In this document: in pieces, positions 10,133 to 20,633 of the stretch
Layout of the letters: each line of letters opens with the position of its first letter
How positions within the stretch are numbered: the first letter of the stretch is position 1
DNA from: an uncultured Alphaproteobacteria bacterium
Lineage (GTDB): Bacteria > Pseudomonadota > Alphaproteobacteria > Rhizobiales > Xanthobacteraceae
Reading direction: 5' to 3'
DNA: 64,000 nucleotides
NCBI GenBank assembly: GCA_963745785.1
Contig: CAVUYV010000054.1
Location: 53,672 to 117,671, forward strand
Notes under the pieces: generated by a model
Seen by the model: the letters and a program-made list of their open reading frames with translations, nothing else
What the model was told of the DNA's origin: nothing
Databases searched by the model: none
Position numbers and translations under genes: made by a program

Positions 10133-11242
10133 TCAGTCTGGCGGTAGCTGGGGCGATTCCTCCGGCAGCAGATGCTCTTTGAGAACGAGGGCCACGATCA
10201 GAAGCGGTGAAGACAGAAAGCCGCCCATTGGCCCCCACAGCCAGGTCCAAAAGGCCAGCGCGATGAACACCGCCAGCGCGTTCAGCTCGATCCGGCGGCC
10301 GATGATGGCCGGCGTGATGAAATGACCTTCGAGAAAGGTAAAGGCGGCAAAGGCCAGCGGCGCCATCAGTCCGGCGCCGAGCGTGGAGAAGGAGACGATT
10401 CCGACCGCGGTCAGCGTCGCAAACATCGCGATCGGGCCGATGATTGGAAAGAAATTCAGGATGACGGCCAATGCTGCCAGCGCGGCCGGATTGGGCATGC
10501 CGGTGACTGCACAGATGATGCCGGTAGCCGCGCCGACGCCGAGATTGATCACGGTCACGGTAAGCAGGTAGCCGCCAAGTTGCTCCTCGATTTCGTTGAG
10601 AATCTTCAGGGTTCGCAGCCGCGAAGCATGATCGGCGAAGGTCAGGATCAATGCGCGGCGCAGGTCTCTCCAGCTTGCGATGAACAAAATCAACGTCACG
10701 AAGAACAGCAGAAATTCGGTAAAGGTCGGCGACAAGAACTCGATGGTCGGCTGGATCCAGTCGAGTTTCGGCATGTGAAATGGCGCGATATCCGATCCGC
10801 CAAGCATGATCTGGAATTGCTGCCAGAGCGCAAGCGGTCGATGGAATACCTGCAATTTATCCTTCAACAGCGATCCGAGCTCGGGCAGGCGCGTGCTCCA
10901 TTCCATCAGGGGGGTGGAGATCAGCCCGACGATGAATGCGACGCCGGCGCCAGCCGCGCTGACGATCAGAACCGCCGCCACCGCGCGGGGAATTCGATGC
11001 CGCTCAAGAAAGTAGGCCGCCGGCGCCAGCATGGTGCCGATCACGAATGCCGTCACGACCGGGAGAAAAAACGCCTTGGCGACGTAAAGCACGGCGAAGA
11101 CGCAGATGAGCAGCAGCCCGACCAGCGCAAAAGCGACCAGCTCTGCGCGGCGAATGACCGGCGGCAGCTCGCTCTTGCTGTCAGGCAGGGGGGTCCCCAC
11201 CGGTTCACTGGGAAGGCCACGTTCATTGGGAAGGACACGCAA
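10133..11242 (-). CDS. AI-2E family transporter (start uncertain)
   Basis: Multi-TM; LNFFPIIGP, EGHFITPAIIG, WGPMGGFLSSP; TTG start after GGGGAG. Confidence 0.88.
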   Translation of the reverse strand: MRVLPNERGLPSEPVGTPLPDSKSELPPVIRRAELVAFALVGLLLICVFAVLYVAKAFFLPVVTAFVIGTMLAPAAYFLERHRIPRAVAAVLIVSAAGAGVAFIVGLISTPLMEWSTRLPELGSLLKDKLQVFHRPLALWQQFQIMLGGSDIAPFHMPKLDWIQPTIEFLSPTFTEFLLFFVTLILFIASWRDLRRALILTFADHASRLRTLKILNEIEEQLGGYLLTVTVINLGVGAATGIICAVTGMPNPAALAALAVILNFFPIIGPIAMFATLTAVGIVSFSTLGAGLMAPLAFAAFTFLEGHFITPAIIGRRIELNALAVFIALAFWTWLWGPMGGFLSSPLLIVALVLKEHLLPEESPQLPPD

Positions 11243-11398
11243 ATAGCTCTCCCCCGCGCACAACGGCGAATGTGGCTTCGCGTCGCGAAGGCGCGCTGCA
11301 ACTGGCTCCGTCCGGCACAACCTTGCGTCCCCGTTGAAAGGTTCCATCGCGCAAAGGTGAGCGGCGTGCCCGGGTTGACACGATAGTTCCCTTAACAG

Positions 11399-11423
11399 GG
11401 AACCGCGGCGCCTCGGGCGCGTT
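11399..11423 (+). promoter_or_regulatory. EcfG-type promoter for L,D-transpeptidase-DUF2865
   Basis: Perfect GGAAC-N16-CGTT. Confidence 0.8.
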
Positions 11424-11469
11424 TGTTGTGCAGAGCATCAGTCCGATGCACATCCACACGGGGCGACTC

Positions 11470-12231
11470 ATGACACAGGCATGTGAAAATCGCAGGCTAC
11501 GGCCGCGCGTCACGACCGCGCTGGTCTTCGCCGGAGCTTTCTTGCTGGCGCCGGCAATTCTGTCCACCCAGGCGAATGCGCAGATTCTCGGCTACGCACC
11601 CGCACAGCGAAGTTCATTCCCGGCAGACAATCTCATGACGGATGAGAGCGTTCTCCCGGAGCGGCTGCGGCGCGCCACGGTGGCCTTTGATACCCGGGAG
11701 GCGCCCGGTACCATCGTCATCGATACCGGCAACACGGTGTTGTATTACGTGCTCGGCCAGGGCCGCGCCATTCGTTACGGCGTCGGCGTCGGCCGCGACG
11801 GCTTTACCTGGTCGGGCGTGCAAACCATCAGCCGGAAGGCGGAATGGCCGGATTGGTATCCGCCGGCGGAAATGGTGGCGCGCCAGCCTTATTTGCCTCG
11901 CTTCGTGGCGGGCGGCCCCGGCAATCCGCTTGGCGCCCGCGCCATGTATCTCGGCTCCAGCCAGTACCGCATTCATGGCACCAACGACCCCTCGACGATC
12001 GGCAAGTTTGTCTCGAGCGGCTGCATCCGCCTGACCAATGAAGACGTCACCGACCTGTTCAGCCGCGTCAATGTCGGTACCAGGGTTGTCGTGCTGCCGA
12101 AGAACGCCCCGCATCTCGAAGCAAGGGGAACGATTACCGTTCGCCCGACCGCGCCGCCGTCGCGTCCGGTCGTCATCACGTTGCCCTCGGGCCGTCAGGC
12201 GATGAATCTTTCGACGTCGTCGCTCTACTGA
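11470..12231 (+). CDS. L,D-transpeptidase (YkuD/ErfK family)
   Basis: NPLGARAMYL, YRIHGT, SSGCIRL catalytic motif; signal peptide. Confidence 0.93.
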   Translation: MTQACENRRLRPRVTTALVFAGAFLLAPAILSTQANAQILGYAPAQRSSFPADNLMTDESVLPERLRRATVAFDTREAPGTIVIDTGNTVLYYVLGQGRAIRYGVGVGRDGFTWSGVQTISRKAEWPDWYPPAEMVARQPYLPRFVAGGPGNPLGARAMYLGSSQYRIHGTNDPSTIGKFVSSGCIRLTNEDVTDLFSRVNVGTRVVVLPKNAPHLEARGTITVRPTAPPSRPVVITLPSGRQAMNLSTSSLY

Positions 12232-12258
12232 GTGCAAGCGCTCGTCGCGGAGGCGAAG

Positions 12259-12909
12259 ATGAAGCGGAGATCGGGAAAGCAGGTGGTCCTGGGCGCGGCG
12301 ACGGCGCTAGGCGTGCTGGCCCTGGTCCCTGCCGCGCAAGCCCAGGACTTTTTCTCCGCATTGTTCGGCGGGTTCGGGGGCGGCCGTGGCCCGGTGATCC
12401 GGTTGCCGTTCGGGGGCGAGGGCAATTCCTTTCCGTCCCAAAACGACCCGCGTCCGCGCGTCGGCTATTACCCCGGCGGCTCGCAGGCATATTGCGTGCG
12501 CACCTGCGACGGGCGTTATTTTCCGGTGTCGGCCTCTGACAGCCAAAGCCGCGCAGCAGCATGCGGCAGCTTTTGCCCGGCGAGCGAAACCAAAGTCGTC
12601 TACGGCAGCAATATCGACAACGCGGCAACCGAGAGCGGCAAGCCCTATTCCGAATTGCCGAATGCGTTTCGCTATCGCAACGAACTGGTCGCGGGATGCA
12701 CCTGCAATGGGAAGGACCAGGTCGGTCTCGCGCCGGTTACAATCGAAAACGATCCGACGCTTCGCAAGGGTGACATCGTAGCCGGTGCGGACGGGCTGAT
12801 GGTTGCCGGCCGCGGCGCCGATAGACGCGGCGCGTCGTTGAATTTCTCGCCGGTCTCGCACCAGATCCGCTCGCGGTATCAGCGTGTGCCGGTGGTGGCG
12901 CAGGAATAA
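12259..12909 (+). CDS. DUF2865 domain exported protein
   Basis: YCVRTCDGRYFP, CPAS, LPNAFRY, CTC, DPTLRKGDIV. Confidence 0.8.
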   Translation: MKRRSGKQVVLGAATALGVLALVPAAQAQDFFSALFGGFGGGRGPVIRLPFGGEGNSFPSQNDPRPRVGYYPGGSQAYCVRTCDGRYFPVSASDSQSRAAACGSFCPASETKVVYGSNIDNAATESGKPYSELPNAFRYRNELVAGCTCNGKDQVGLAPVTIENDPTLRKGDIVAGADGLMVAGRGADRRGASLNFSPVSHQIRSRYQRVPVVAQE

Positions 12910-12978
12910 CTGACCGCTGCGCGTGGTATTGGCCAGAAACTACTTTTCGCTTCTTAGGATCTTTCGGGAGAATTCCGG

Positions 12979-13134
12979 ATGCTTATCGGTGCACTCATTA
13001 CATTTCTTGTCGTTATTCTGATTCTCTATCTGATCAACCTGTTGCCGCTCGATGGCCGCGCCAAGCAAATCGCGCGCGTCGTCGTGATCATCCTCGGCGT
13101 GATTTCATTGCTGAAATACATCGCGGTGTTCTGA
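12979..13134 (+). CDS. 51-aa two-helix membrane protein (Thivi_2564-like), not in ORF track
   Basis: Translated by hand: MLIGALITFLVVILILYLINLLPLDGRAKQIARVVVIILGVISLLKYIAVF; GGGAG RBS. Confidence 0.75.
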   Translation: MLIGALITFLVVILILYLINLLPLDGRAKQIARVVVIILGVISLLKYIAVF

Positions 13135-13151
13135 GCTGCTTGCGGCACCCG

Positions 13152-13182
13152 AAAAAAAGCCCCGGCGGATGCCGGGGCTTTT
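13152..13182. terminator. Bidirectional terminator
   Basis: AAAAAAAGCCCCGGC-ggat-GCCGGGGCTTTT between convergent genes. Confidence 0.85.
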
Positions 13183-13197
13183 CATGGCGGTCGGAAG

Positions 13198-13398
13198 TTA
13201 TTTGAGCGTGCTGAACCAGTCGTCCACGTCCCTTTTAACCTGATCCTTGGCGAAGCCGTAGCGCTGCTGCAGCTTGCCTTCCAGTTGCTCGCGGCGACCC
13301 TCGATCACGTTGAGATCGTCATCGGTGAGTTTGCCCCACTTCTCCTTGGCCTTGCCTTTGAACTGCTTCCAGTTGCCTTCAACCCGGTTCCAATCCAT
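13198..13398 (-). CDS. CsbD family stress protein
   Basis: MDWNRVEGNWKQFKGKAKEKWGKLTDDDL; GAGGAG RBS. Confidence 0.93.
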   Translation of the reverse strand: MDWNRVEGNWKQFKGKAKEKWGKLTDDDLNVIEGRREQLEGKLQQRYGFAKDQVKRDVDDWFSTLK

Positions 13399-13428
13399 CG
13401 ATATCTCCTCTGGCGTGAGAGGGGTTTC

Positions 13429-13453
13429 AACGGGTTGATAATTCAAACGTTCC
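13429..13453 (-). promoter_or_regulatory. EcfG-type promoter for csbD
   Basis: Perfect GGAAC-N16-CGTT on minus strand. Confidence 0.8.
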
Positions 13454-13524
13454 AGGAACCCGTCGGCAAAGTGCAGGCGGTTTTTTGCGCCGGATCGCGC
13501 TCCCAAGTGTTGAGTTCCTGGAGA

Positions 13525-15693
13525 CTAACCGGCCGCCTTGGCTTCCCGGCGCCGTTGCGTCAGGATGAATTCGGTGTAGCCGTTCGGCTGTTCGCGTCCT
13601 CTGAAGATCAGATCGCACGCCGCCTTGAAAGCGACGCCGTCGAAACCCGGCGCCATCGGTCGGTAGAGTGGATCGCCCTTGTTCTGTCCGTCCACCACGA
13701 CCGCCATCCGCTTGAGCGATTCCATCACCTGTTCCCTGGTGATGACGCCCTGATGCAGCCAGTTCGCCAGATGCTGGCTCGAGATCCGCAGGGTGGCGCG
13801 GTCTTCCATCAGCCCGATATCGTGGATGTCGGGCACCTTGGAGCAGCCGACGCCCTGATCGATCCAGCGCACGACATAGCCGAGAATGCCCTGGCAATTA
13901 TTGTCGATTTCCTGCCTCACATCGTCCGGCGCCCAGTTCGATTTCGACACCGGGATGGTGAGAATGTCGGACAATTTGGCGCGCGGGCCGGCTTTGGCCA
14001 GTTCCTGCTGGCGCGCCTGCACGTTGACCTGATGATAGTGCAGCGCGTGCAGGGTGGCAGCGGTCGGCGACGGCACCCATGCGGTGGTGGCGCCGGCTTG
14101 CGGGTGCGCGATCTTCTGCGCCAGCATGTCCGCCATCTTGTCGGGCGCTGCCCACATGCCCTTGCCGATCTGGGCATGACCGGGCAGGCCGCAGGCGAGG
14201 CCGATGTCGACATTCCAATCCTCATAGGCCTTGATCCAGGGCTGGGACTTCATGTCGTTCTTGCGGATCATGGCGCCTGCTTCCATCGAGGTATGGATCT
14301 CGTCGCCGGTACGATCGAGGAAACCGGTGTTGATGAACATGATGCGCTGCGAGGCGTTCTGGATGCAGGCCTTGAGGTTGACCGTGGTGCGGCGCTCCTC
14401 GTCCATGATCCCGACCTTGATGGTGTTCTCGGGCAGCGACAGCAAGTTCTCGACCCGGCCGAACAGCTCGCAGGTCAGCGCGACCTCGTCGGGGCCATGC
14501 ATCTTCGGCTTCACGATATAAATCGAGCCGGCGCGGCTGTTGCGGGTTTTCGAATTGCCCTTGAGATCGTGGATCGCGAGCAGGCCGGCGACGGCGGCAT
14601 CGAGCATGCCTTCCGGAATTTCAGCGCCAGTGGCGTCGAGCACCGCGTCGGTGAACATGTGATGGCCGACATTGCGCATCAACAGCAGGCTGCGGCCGTG
14701 GAGCTTCAGTTCACGTCCATCTGGCGTCTTGTAGACGCGGTCGACGGTTGAGCGCGCGCTTGACCGTCTTGCCGCCCTTCTCGAAGTCGGCGGACAAGGT
14801 GCCGTTCATCAGACCCAGCGTATTGCGATAGACCAGCACCTTGTCGTCGGCATCGGTCGCGGCGACGCTGTCTTCCATGTCGAGAATGGTGCTGACCGCG
14901 GCTTCCAGAATCATGTCGGCAACGCCGGCCGGATCGTCCTTGCCGATCATGTGGCCGCGATCGATCCTGATCTCGATGTGCAGCCCGTTGTTGACCAAAA
15001 GGATCGCGGAGGGCGCGGACGGATCGCCCTGATAACCGGCAAACTGTGTGTTCGACTTCAGCGCGGTGGCGTTGCCGCTCTTCAGTTTGACCGCGAGTTG
15101 CCCGGCGATGACGTTGTAGGAGGTCACATCGGTGTGGCTTCCGGTTGCCAGCGGCGCGGCCGAATCGAGAAACGCCTTTGCCTTGGCGATCACCTTGTCG
15201 CCTCGCAGCCTTGTTGTAAGCCCTTGCCGCTTTCGCTCGCTTCGTGCGGGATCGCATCGGTGCCGTAAAACGCATCGTACAGGCTGCCCCAGCGCGCGTT
15301 GGCGGCGTTCAGGGCATAGCGCGCATTGGTGAGAGGCACCACCAGCTGCGGTCCGCAAATTTTACCGATCTCATCGTCGACATTGGAAGTCTCGACCTTC
15401 CGGGTCGGCGGCTCCGGCAACAGATAGCCGATCTCCTTGAGAAACGCCGTGTAGGCATTGATGTCGAACGGCTTGCCCTTGTTGGCGCGGTGCCAGCCGT
15501 CGATCTTCGCCTGCAAGGTGTCGCGTAACGCGAGCAGCTCGCGGTTCCTCGGAGCAAGATCGCGGATAATCGCCGCGAGCCCGGCCCAGAACGCGTCGGG
15601 GGAAATTCCGGTTTTCGGGGTGGCTTCCCTGGCGATGAAATCGAACAGAACGGGTGCGATTTTCAGTCCATGGGCATCGATACGATTCATCAT
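13525..15693 (-). CDS. glcB: Malate synthase G, frameshifted near 15215 and 14745 (probable sequencing indels)
   Basis: Three ORF pieces: [26 protein letters not shown]; DMEDSVAA; [39 protein letters not shown]. Confidence 0.92.
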
Positions 15694-15731
15694 AAGGCTC
15701 TCGATAACTCTATAAGGCTCTCGATAACTCT
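15692..15731. repeat. Perfect 20-bp tandem duplication at glcB start
   Basis: ATAAGGCTCTCGATAACTCT x2. Confidence 0.9.
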
Positions 15732-15878
15732 CGCGGAGAGCGGCGGTTGCAGGCTGTTTTCAGGGTAAAAACAAAGAGCGCCGCAAGGGCGGCGTTCGGG
15801 CCCTTTTAGCGCCAAAGCCGGGGCCATGAGAAGGCCTTTCACAGGCCCCTTTTGCGCAAACAATGGCCGCCGCTGGGC

Positions 15879-17807
15879 TCAGATATTGGCAGCGAGATCG
15901 ACGAGTTCGTCGAACAGAATGCCGCTCTCGGCCAGCATCCGCTCGATCTCGTCGGTCGCCTCGGTGACAGAGCGCGCCGAGGTGTCGATCGTCAATTCGC
16001 TGTTGGCGGGCGGCTGGTAATCATTGCCGATGCCGGTGAACGCATGCAGCGCGCCCGCGCGCGCCTTGGCGTAGTGGCCCTTGGGATCGCGGCTCTCGCA
16101 TATTTCGGCGGGCGTCGCGACATAGATTTCGCGGAACATGGTGTCGGCGATCCGGCGCGCCGCGGCGCGATCCTCCACCGACGGCGAAACCGCGGCGACG
16201 ATCGCGATGTGGCCGTTGCGGGCGAGATGGGTGGCGACTTCGGCCAGCCGGCGAATATTCTCGGTGCGGTCGGCAGCGGAGAAACCGAGGTCGCCATTGA
16301 GGCCGGCGCGCAGCGTATCGCCGTCCAGCAGCACCGGCGAACCGCCATTGCCAAACAGCCTGCGTTCCAGCGCGCGTGCCAGCGTCGATTTTCCGGAAGC
16401 CGGCAATCCCGTCAGCCAGACCACCGCGCCGTTGTGGCGATAGCGCGCCGAGCGCTCGTCGGGGCGCAGCGCGGATTCCACGGGCACGATATCCACCGGA
16501 ATAGCGCGTTGCCCGGCATCGACCGACAGCACCAGGCCACCGCCGGCAATGCGGCCACTGACCTCGATCACCAGGCGTCCGGTGCGCGGATTGTCGGTGT
16601 AGGGATCGGCGGCCAGCGGATGCGCCAGCGAGATATCGATCTCGCCGACATGATTACGCGCGATCGATTTGTTCTCCACGCTCGACAGTTCGCCGGGGTC
16701 GACGGCTTTCTCGATGGCGACCACGGTGGCGCGGGTTTCCCTTGTGCCGAGCCGAACCAGTATGGAGGCGCCCGTCGTCAGCGGCTTGTCGTGCAGCCAG
16801 AAAATGCGCGCGCGGATTCGGCGGGTATCGCGCGGACTGTCCCCGACATGGGCGATCACGTCGCCGCGCTCGATGAACAGTTCGCGATCGAGCGTAATGC
16901 CAACCGACCGCCCGGCGGTCTGCACGCCTTTGACGGGCGTAGCCGGCCAGCCCTCGACGGTCCTGATCTTCGCGATCTTGCCCGCCGGCATGATGACGAT
17001 TTCGTCTCCGGCGGCGAGACTGCCGGATTCGATGCGGCCTGCCACGATGCGGCGGTCGTCGAATTTGTAGATCGCCTGCACCGGCAGCCGCAGCGCAAGC
17101 GCTTGCAGCGGCCGCGCCGGCTCAAGCGCGTCGAGCGCCTCGACCACGGTAGGACCGCGATACCATCGGATTTTCGCGGTGCGCTCGGTGACGCCGTCGC
17201 CGTCGCGCGCCGAAATCGGAATGACCGCCGAGGGCGTGACGCCGAGACCGGTCAGATGCGCGGAAATCTCGTTCTTGATTTCCTCAAATCGCGCCGCGCT
17301 GAAATCGACCCGATCCATCTTGTTGACGACAACGGCGACCTGTTTGACGCCAAGCAGATGCAGCAGGTAGCCGTGGCGCCGGGTCTGGTCGCGCACGCCT
17401 TCCAGCGCGTCGATGATCAGTAGCGCGCCGTCCGCCTGCGAGGCGCCGGTGATCATGTTGCGCAGAAATTCGGCGTGGCCGGGCGCGTCGATCAGCACCA
17501 CGTCGCGTGATCTGGTGCGGAAGCGAATCTGCGTGGTGTCGATGGTGATGCCCTGGTCGCGCTCGGTCTGCAGTGCGTCCAGGAGAAACGACCATTCGAA
17601 CGGCATGCCGCGTCGCGCGCTGACGGCTTTGAGCATTTCGAGCTTGCCGTCGGGCAGGCTGCCGGTTTCATGTAACAGCCGCCCGACCAGTGTCGACTTG
17701 CCGTGGTCGACATGGCCGACGATGACGATGCGAACCTGCGGGCGCGTGGTGCCGTTGGGCGTTGCCGGTATCGCTGCAGAGACGATCATGTTCATCTGAT
17801 CACTCAC
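15879..17807 (-). CDS. cysNC: Bifunctional sulfate adenylyltransferase subunit 1 / adenylyl-sulfate kinase
   Basis: [23 protein letters not shown]; C-terminal [16 protein letters not shown]. Confidence 0.93.
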   Translation of the reverse strand: MSDQMNMIVSAAIPATPNGTTRPQVRIVIVGHVDHGKSTLVGRLLHETGSLPDGKLEMLKAVSARRGMPFEWSFLLDALQTERDQGITIDTTQIRFRTRSRDVVLIDAPGHAEFLRNMITGASQADGALLIIDALEGVRDQTRRHGYLLHLLGVKQVAVVVNKMDRVDFSAARFEEIKNEISAHLTGLGVTPSAVIPISARDGDGVTERTAKIRWYRGPTVVEALDALEPARPLQALALRLPVQAIYKFDDRRIVAGRIESGSLAAGDEIVIMPAGKIAKIRTVEGWPATPVKGVQTAGRSVGITLDRELFIERGDVIAHVGDSPRDTRRIRARIFWLHDKPLTTGASILVRLGTRETRATVVAIEKAVDPGELSSVENKSIARNHVGEIDISLAHPLAADPYTDNPRTGRLVIEVSGRIAGGGLVLSVDAGQRAIPVDIVPVESALRPDERSARYRHNGAVVWLTGLPASGKSTLARALERRLFGNGGSPVLLDGDTLRAGLNGDLGFSAADRTENIRRLAEVATHLARNGHIAIVAAVSPSVEDRAAARRIADTMFREIYVATPAEICESRDPKGHYAKARAGALHAFTGIGNDYQPPANSELTIDTSARSVTEATDEIERMLAESGILFDELVDLAANI

Positions 17808-17818
17808 TCGAGGTCGGT

Positions 17819-18724
17819 TCAGAGATAGCCCGCGACGCGCAGCCGCTCGAAGGCGTCTTCGGTTTCATGATCCAGCGCACGGCCCGCACGTTCCGGCACC
17901 TTGGTGGCGTCGAGTTCGGTCAGGATTTCCTCGATGCTGGACGCGGTCGAGGCCACGGGATTGGTGATGTCGGCATCGCCCAGCGAGCGATAGCGCTTGC
18001 CGTCCCTGGCGAGATAAAGCGGGATGATCGGGATGTTTTCGCGCTTGGTGTAGGCCCAGATGTCGGCTTCGGTCCAATGCAGGATCGGGTGAACGCGCAA
18101 ATGCGCGCCCGGCGGCGGCGAGGCGTTGAACTGGTCCCAGAATTCCGGCGGCTGGTCGCGCACGTCCCATCCGCCTTCGGTGCCGCGCGGCGAGAACACC
18201 CGCTCCTTGGCGCGGGTGGCTTCCTCGTCGCGGCGGATGCCGGCGATCAATCCGTCAAAACCATATTTGGCGAGCGCGAGTTTTAGTCCGTCGGTCTTGC
18301 GCGCGGCGGATCGCGCGGCCGGCGGCAAGGTTGGATCGATGGTTTCCAGCGGCGGGCAGGGCTCTACCCTGAGATCGAGCTCCCATTCCTTGCCGTAGCG
18401 ATCGCGAAACGCATACATCTCCGGAAATTTCTTTCCGGTATCGACGTGCAATGCAGGGAACGGCACGCGGCCGAAGAATGCCTTGCGCGCCAGCCAGATC
18501 ATCACGTTGGAATCCTTGCCGAGCGACCACAGCAGCGCGAGCTTTTTCAGCCGCGCAAAAGCTTCCCGGAAAATGTAGATGCTCTGCGCCTCGAGCGCGT
18601 CGAGGTGATCCATCGTGGGCTGATATGCGCGCGCATGGGTCGAGATTTGCCGGACCAGGGATCCCTCGGTCGGGTCGGTCCAACGCAACTGGTCCGTGGC
18701 GGAATCCGTGTCGAGAAGATGCAT
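17819..18724 (-). CDS. cysD: Sulfate adenylyltransferase subunit 2 (start 18724 or 18613)
   Basis: [36 protein letters not shown]. Confidence 0.93.
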   Translation of the reverse strand: MHLLDTDSATDQLRWTDPTEGSLVRQISTHARAYQPTMDHLDALEAQSIYIFREAFARLKKLALLWSLGKDSNVMIWLARKAFFGRVPFPALHVDTGKKFPEMYAFRDRYGKEWELDLRVEPCPPLETIDPTLPPAARSAARKTDGLKLALAKYGFDGLIAGIRRDEEATRAKERVFSPRGTEGGWDVRDQPPEFWDQFNASPPPGAHLRVHPILHWTEADIWAYTKRENIPIIPLYLARDGKRYRSLGDADITNPVASTASSIEEILTELDATKVPERAGRALDHETEDAFERLRVAGYL

Positions 18725-18868
18725 CTCTGGACCCTTGGTCTTTGGAGGCGAAACTTCTATAGTTGCAGTGCAATAGAGAAGAAATAATTTTCTCTTTGCG
18801 GGCGTTGAAAGAGACATATATAGAAAATAATTCCAGTCAACCCCATAAGTTGGGGAAGCGAGTGCCGC

Positions 18869-20308
18869 ATGCGATTCCTGCCGGTATTTCTCGATCTGCA
18901 AGCCGGTCCCGTGCTGCTCATAGGCGCCGGCGAACTGGCGCGGGCGAAGCTGCGCCTGCTGGCAGCGGCGGGCGCCCGCATTCGCTGGTACGCGACCGAT
19001 GGCAATCATCATGATGTGAGCGGCCTCGACTCCACGGACGCGGCGCGGATTGAGCTTGCCCAAGGCGATCCATTGGACGCCGATCTCACCGGGGTGATTG
19101 CAGTTCTATGTGCGGGCGCCGGCGCCATCGGGCCTGCGATGTCGGCGCGGGCAAAGGCCGTCGGCCTGCCGGTGAATGTGATGGATGATCTTTCGCATTC
19201 GACCTTCATTTTTCCTGCCATCGTCGATCGCGGTGATGTGGTCGTCGCCATCGGCACCGGCGGCGCTTCGCCGGTAGTGGCGCGCCGCGTGCGCGAGCGC
19301 ATCGAAGCGGTGCTGCCCGCTCGTATCGGCGACCTCGCCAGCTTTATCGGGCGCTGGCGCAAGCTGATCCACAATCGCATTCCGGAATTTGCGCTGCGCC
19401 GCCGCTTCTGGGAGCGCGTGGTCGATGGCCCGATCGGCGCACTGGTTCTCGCCGGGCGCAAGGACGAAGCCGAAGCCGCGCTGAAGGATATCTCCGATCC
19501 CACCGCCTTTGCGGGCGGATTGGCCTCAGGCCGCGCGGAGGGCAGCGTGAGGCTGGTTGGCGCCGGTCCGGGCGATCCGGATTTATTGACCGTCAAGGCG
19601 CTGCGCGCGCTGCAGGATGCCGACGTTATCTTTTACGATGAGCTGGTCTCACCGGAAATTCTCGATCGCGCGCGCCGCGATGCCTCGCGCGTGCCGGTCG
19701 GCCGCCGCGTCGGAAAGCCGGGCATCGGCCAGGACGCCATCAACAGACTGATGATCGAGGCCGCAAGGTCAGGGCAGCGCGTGGTGCGCCTCAAGGGCGG
19801 CGATCCCTTCGTGTTCGGCCGCGGCGGCGAGGAAGTCGAAGCCTTGCGCGAGGCCGGCGTCGCCTATTCGGTGGTGCCGGGCATTACCGCTGGCCTTGGC
19901 GCCGCCGCGCAATTCGAAGTGCCGCTCACTTTCCGCCACGAGGCGCTGCGCATCACCTTCCTCACCGCCCACAAGGCCAGGGACGCGCAAACCGTCGACT
20001 GGTCGACGCTGACGGACGAGAGGATGACGGTCGTCGTCTATATGGGAATGACGGCTGCGCCATCGGTTCGCGCCGGGCTGCTCTCCGCGGGACGCTCGCC
20101 GCAAACCCCGGTCGGCGTGTTCGCGCGGGTGACGCGGCCGGACGCGCAAGCCGCTGTCGGAACGCTCGATGAATTGCCGGCGCTGGTCGAACAGATCGAC
20201 GGCGGTCCCGCCATTCTCATCATCGGCGACGTGGTCGCGCACTCCGCGCCATGGCGCCATTCAAATCTCAACAATGTGATCACCCAACTATTGGATGCTG
20301 CCGAATGA
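18869..20308 (+). CDS. cysG: Siroheme synthase
   Basis: N-terminal dehydrogenase/ferrochelatase plus LVGAGPGDPDLLT, RLKGGDPFVFGRGGEE. Confidence 0.95.
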   Translation: MRFLPVFLDLQAGPVLLIGAGELARAKLRLLAAAGARIRWYATDGNHHDVSGLDSTDAARIELAQGDPLDADLTGVIAVLCAGAGAIGPAMSARAKAVGLPVNVMDDLSHSTFIFPAIVDRGDVVVAIGTGGASPVVARRVRERIEAVLPARIGDLASFIGRWRKLIHNRIPEFALRRRFWERVVDGPIGALVLAGRKDEAEAALKDISDPTAFAGGLASGRAEGSVRLVGAGPGDPDLLTVKALRALQDADVIFYDELVSPEILDRARRDASRVPVGRRVGKPGIGQDAINRLMIEAARSGQRVVRLKGGDPFVFGRGGEEVEALREAGVAYSVVPGITAGLGAAAQFEVPLTFRHEALRITFLTAHKARDAQTVDWSTLTDERMTVVVYMGMTAAPSVRAGLLSAGRSPQTPVGVFARVTRPDAQAAVGTLDELPALVEQIDGGPAILIIGDVVAHSAPWRHSNLNNVITQLLDAAE

Positions 20309-20622
20309 CCTCTCCGCTCGAACAGAAGAAAATCAGAATCGCCGGCCCGTCGGTGGTGACCGCCAACCGTACCTGGGACGGTATCGTGATCTACCGCACC
20401 TCCCGGCATGGCTGGTCGGCCGATTTGTCGGACGCCGCCATCGTTCGCACCTCCGATGAGGCGCGGGCGCTGCTTTCCGAATCGGTCGCCGACGACGTCG
20501 GCGCGATCGGCGCCTACATCGCGCCGGTGGAGGTCAGGGACTCCGGCGCCATAAAGCCCGGCAATCTGCGTGAACATATCCGGCTCCAGGGCGTCACCAT
20601 CGAGCTTCCGGTTCCGGCATAA
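20305..20622 (+). CDS. DUF2849 protein
   Basis: VVTANRTWDGIVIY...LREHIRLQG; ATGA overlap with cysG; typical position before cysI. Confidence 0.85.
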   Translation: MTSPLEQKKIRIAGPSVVTANRTWDGIVIYRTSRHGWSADLSDAAIVRTSDEARALLSESVADDVGAIGAYIAPVEVRDSGAIKPGNLREHIRLQGVTIELPVPA

Positions 20623-20633
20623 GGCCATCTCTG

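Noticed and set aside
11319-11345. EcfG promoter for the AI-2E gene
   Set aside because: GGAAC-N18-GGTT spacing exceeds consensus; possible but unsupported
13525-15693. glcB as programmed frameshift or true pseudogene
   Set aside because: No slippery motif seen; similar indels in many unrelated genes point to sequence error
13285-17423. Long plus-strand ORFs (488 aa, 523 aa) opposite glcB and cysNC
   Set aside because: Antisense shadows of well-supported genes
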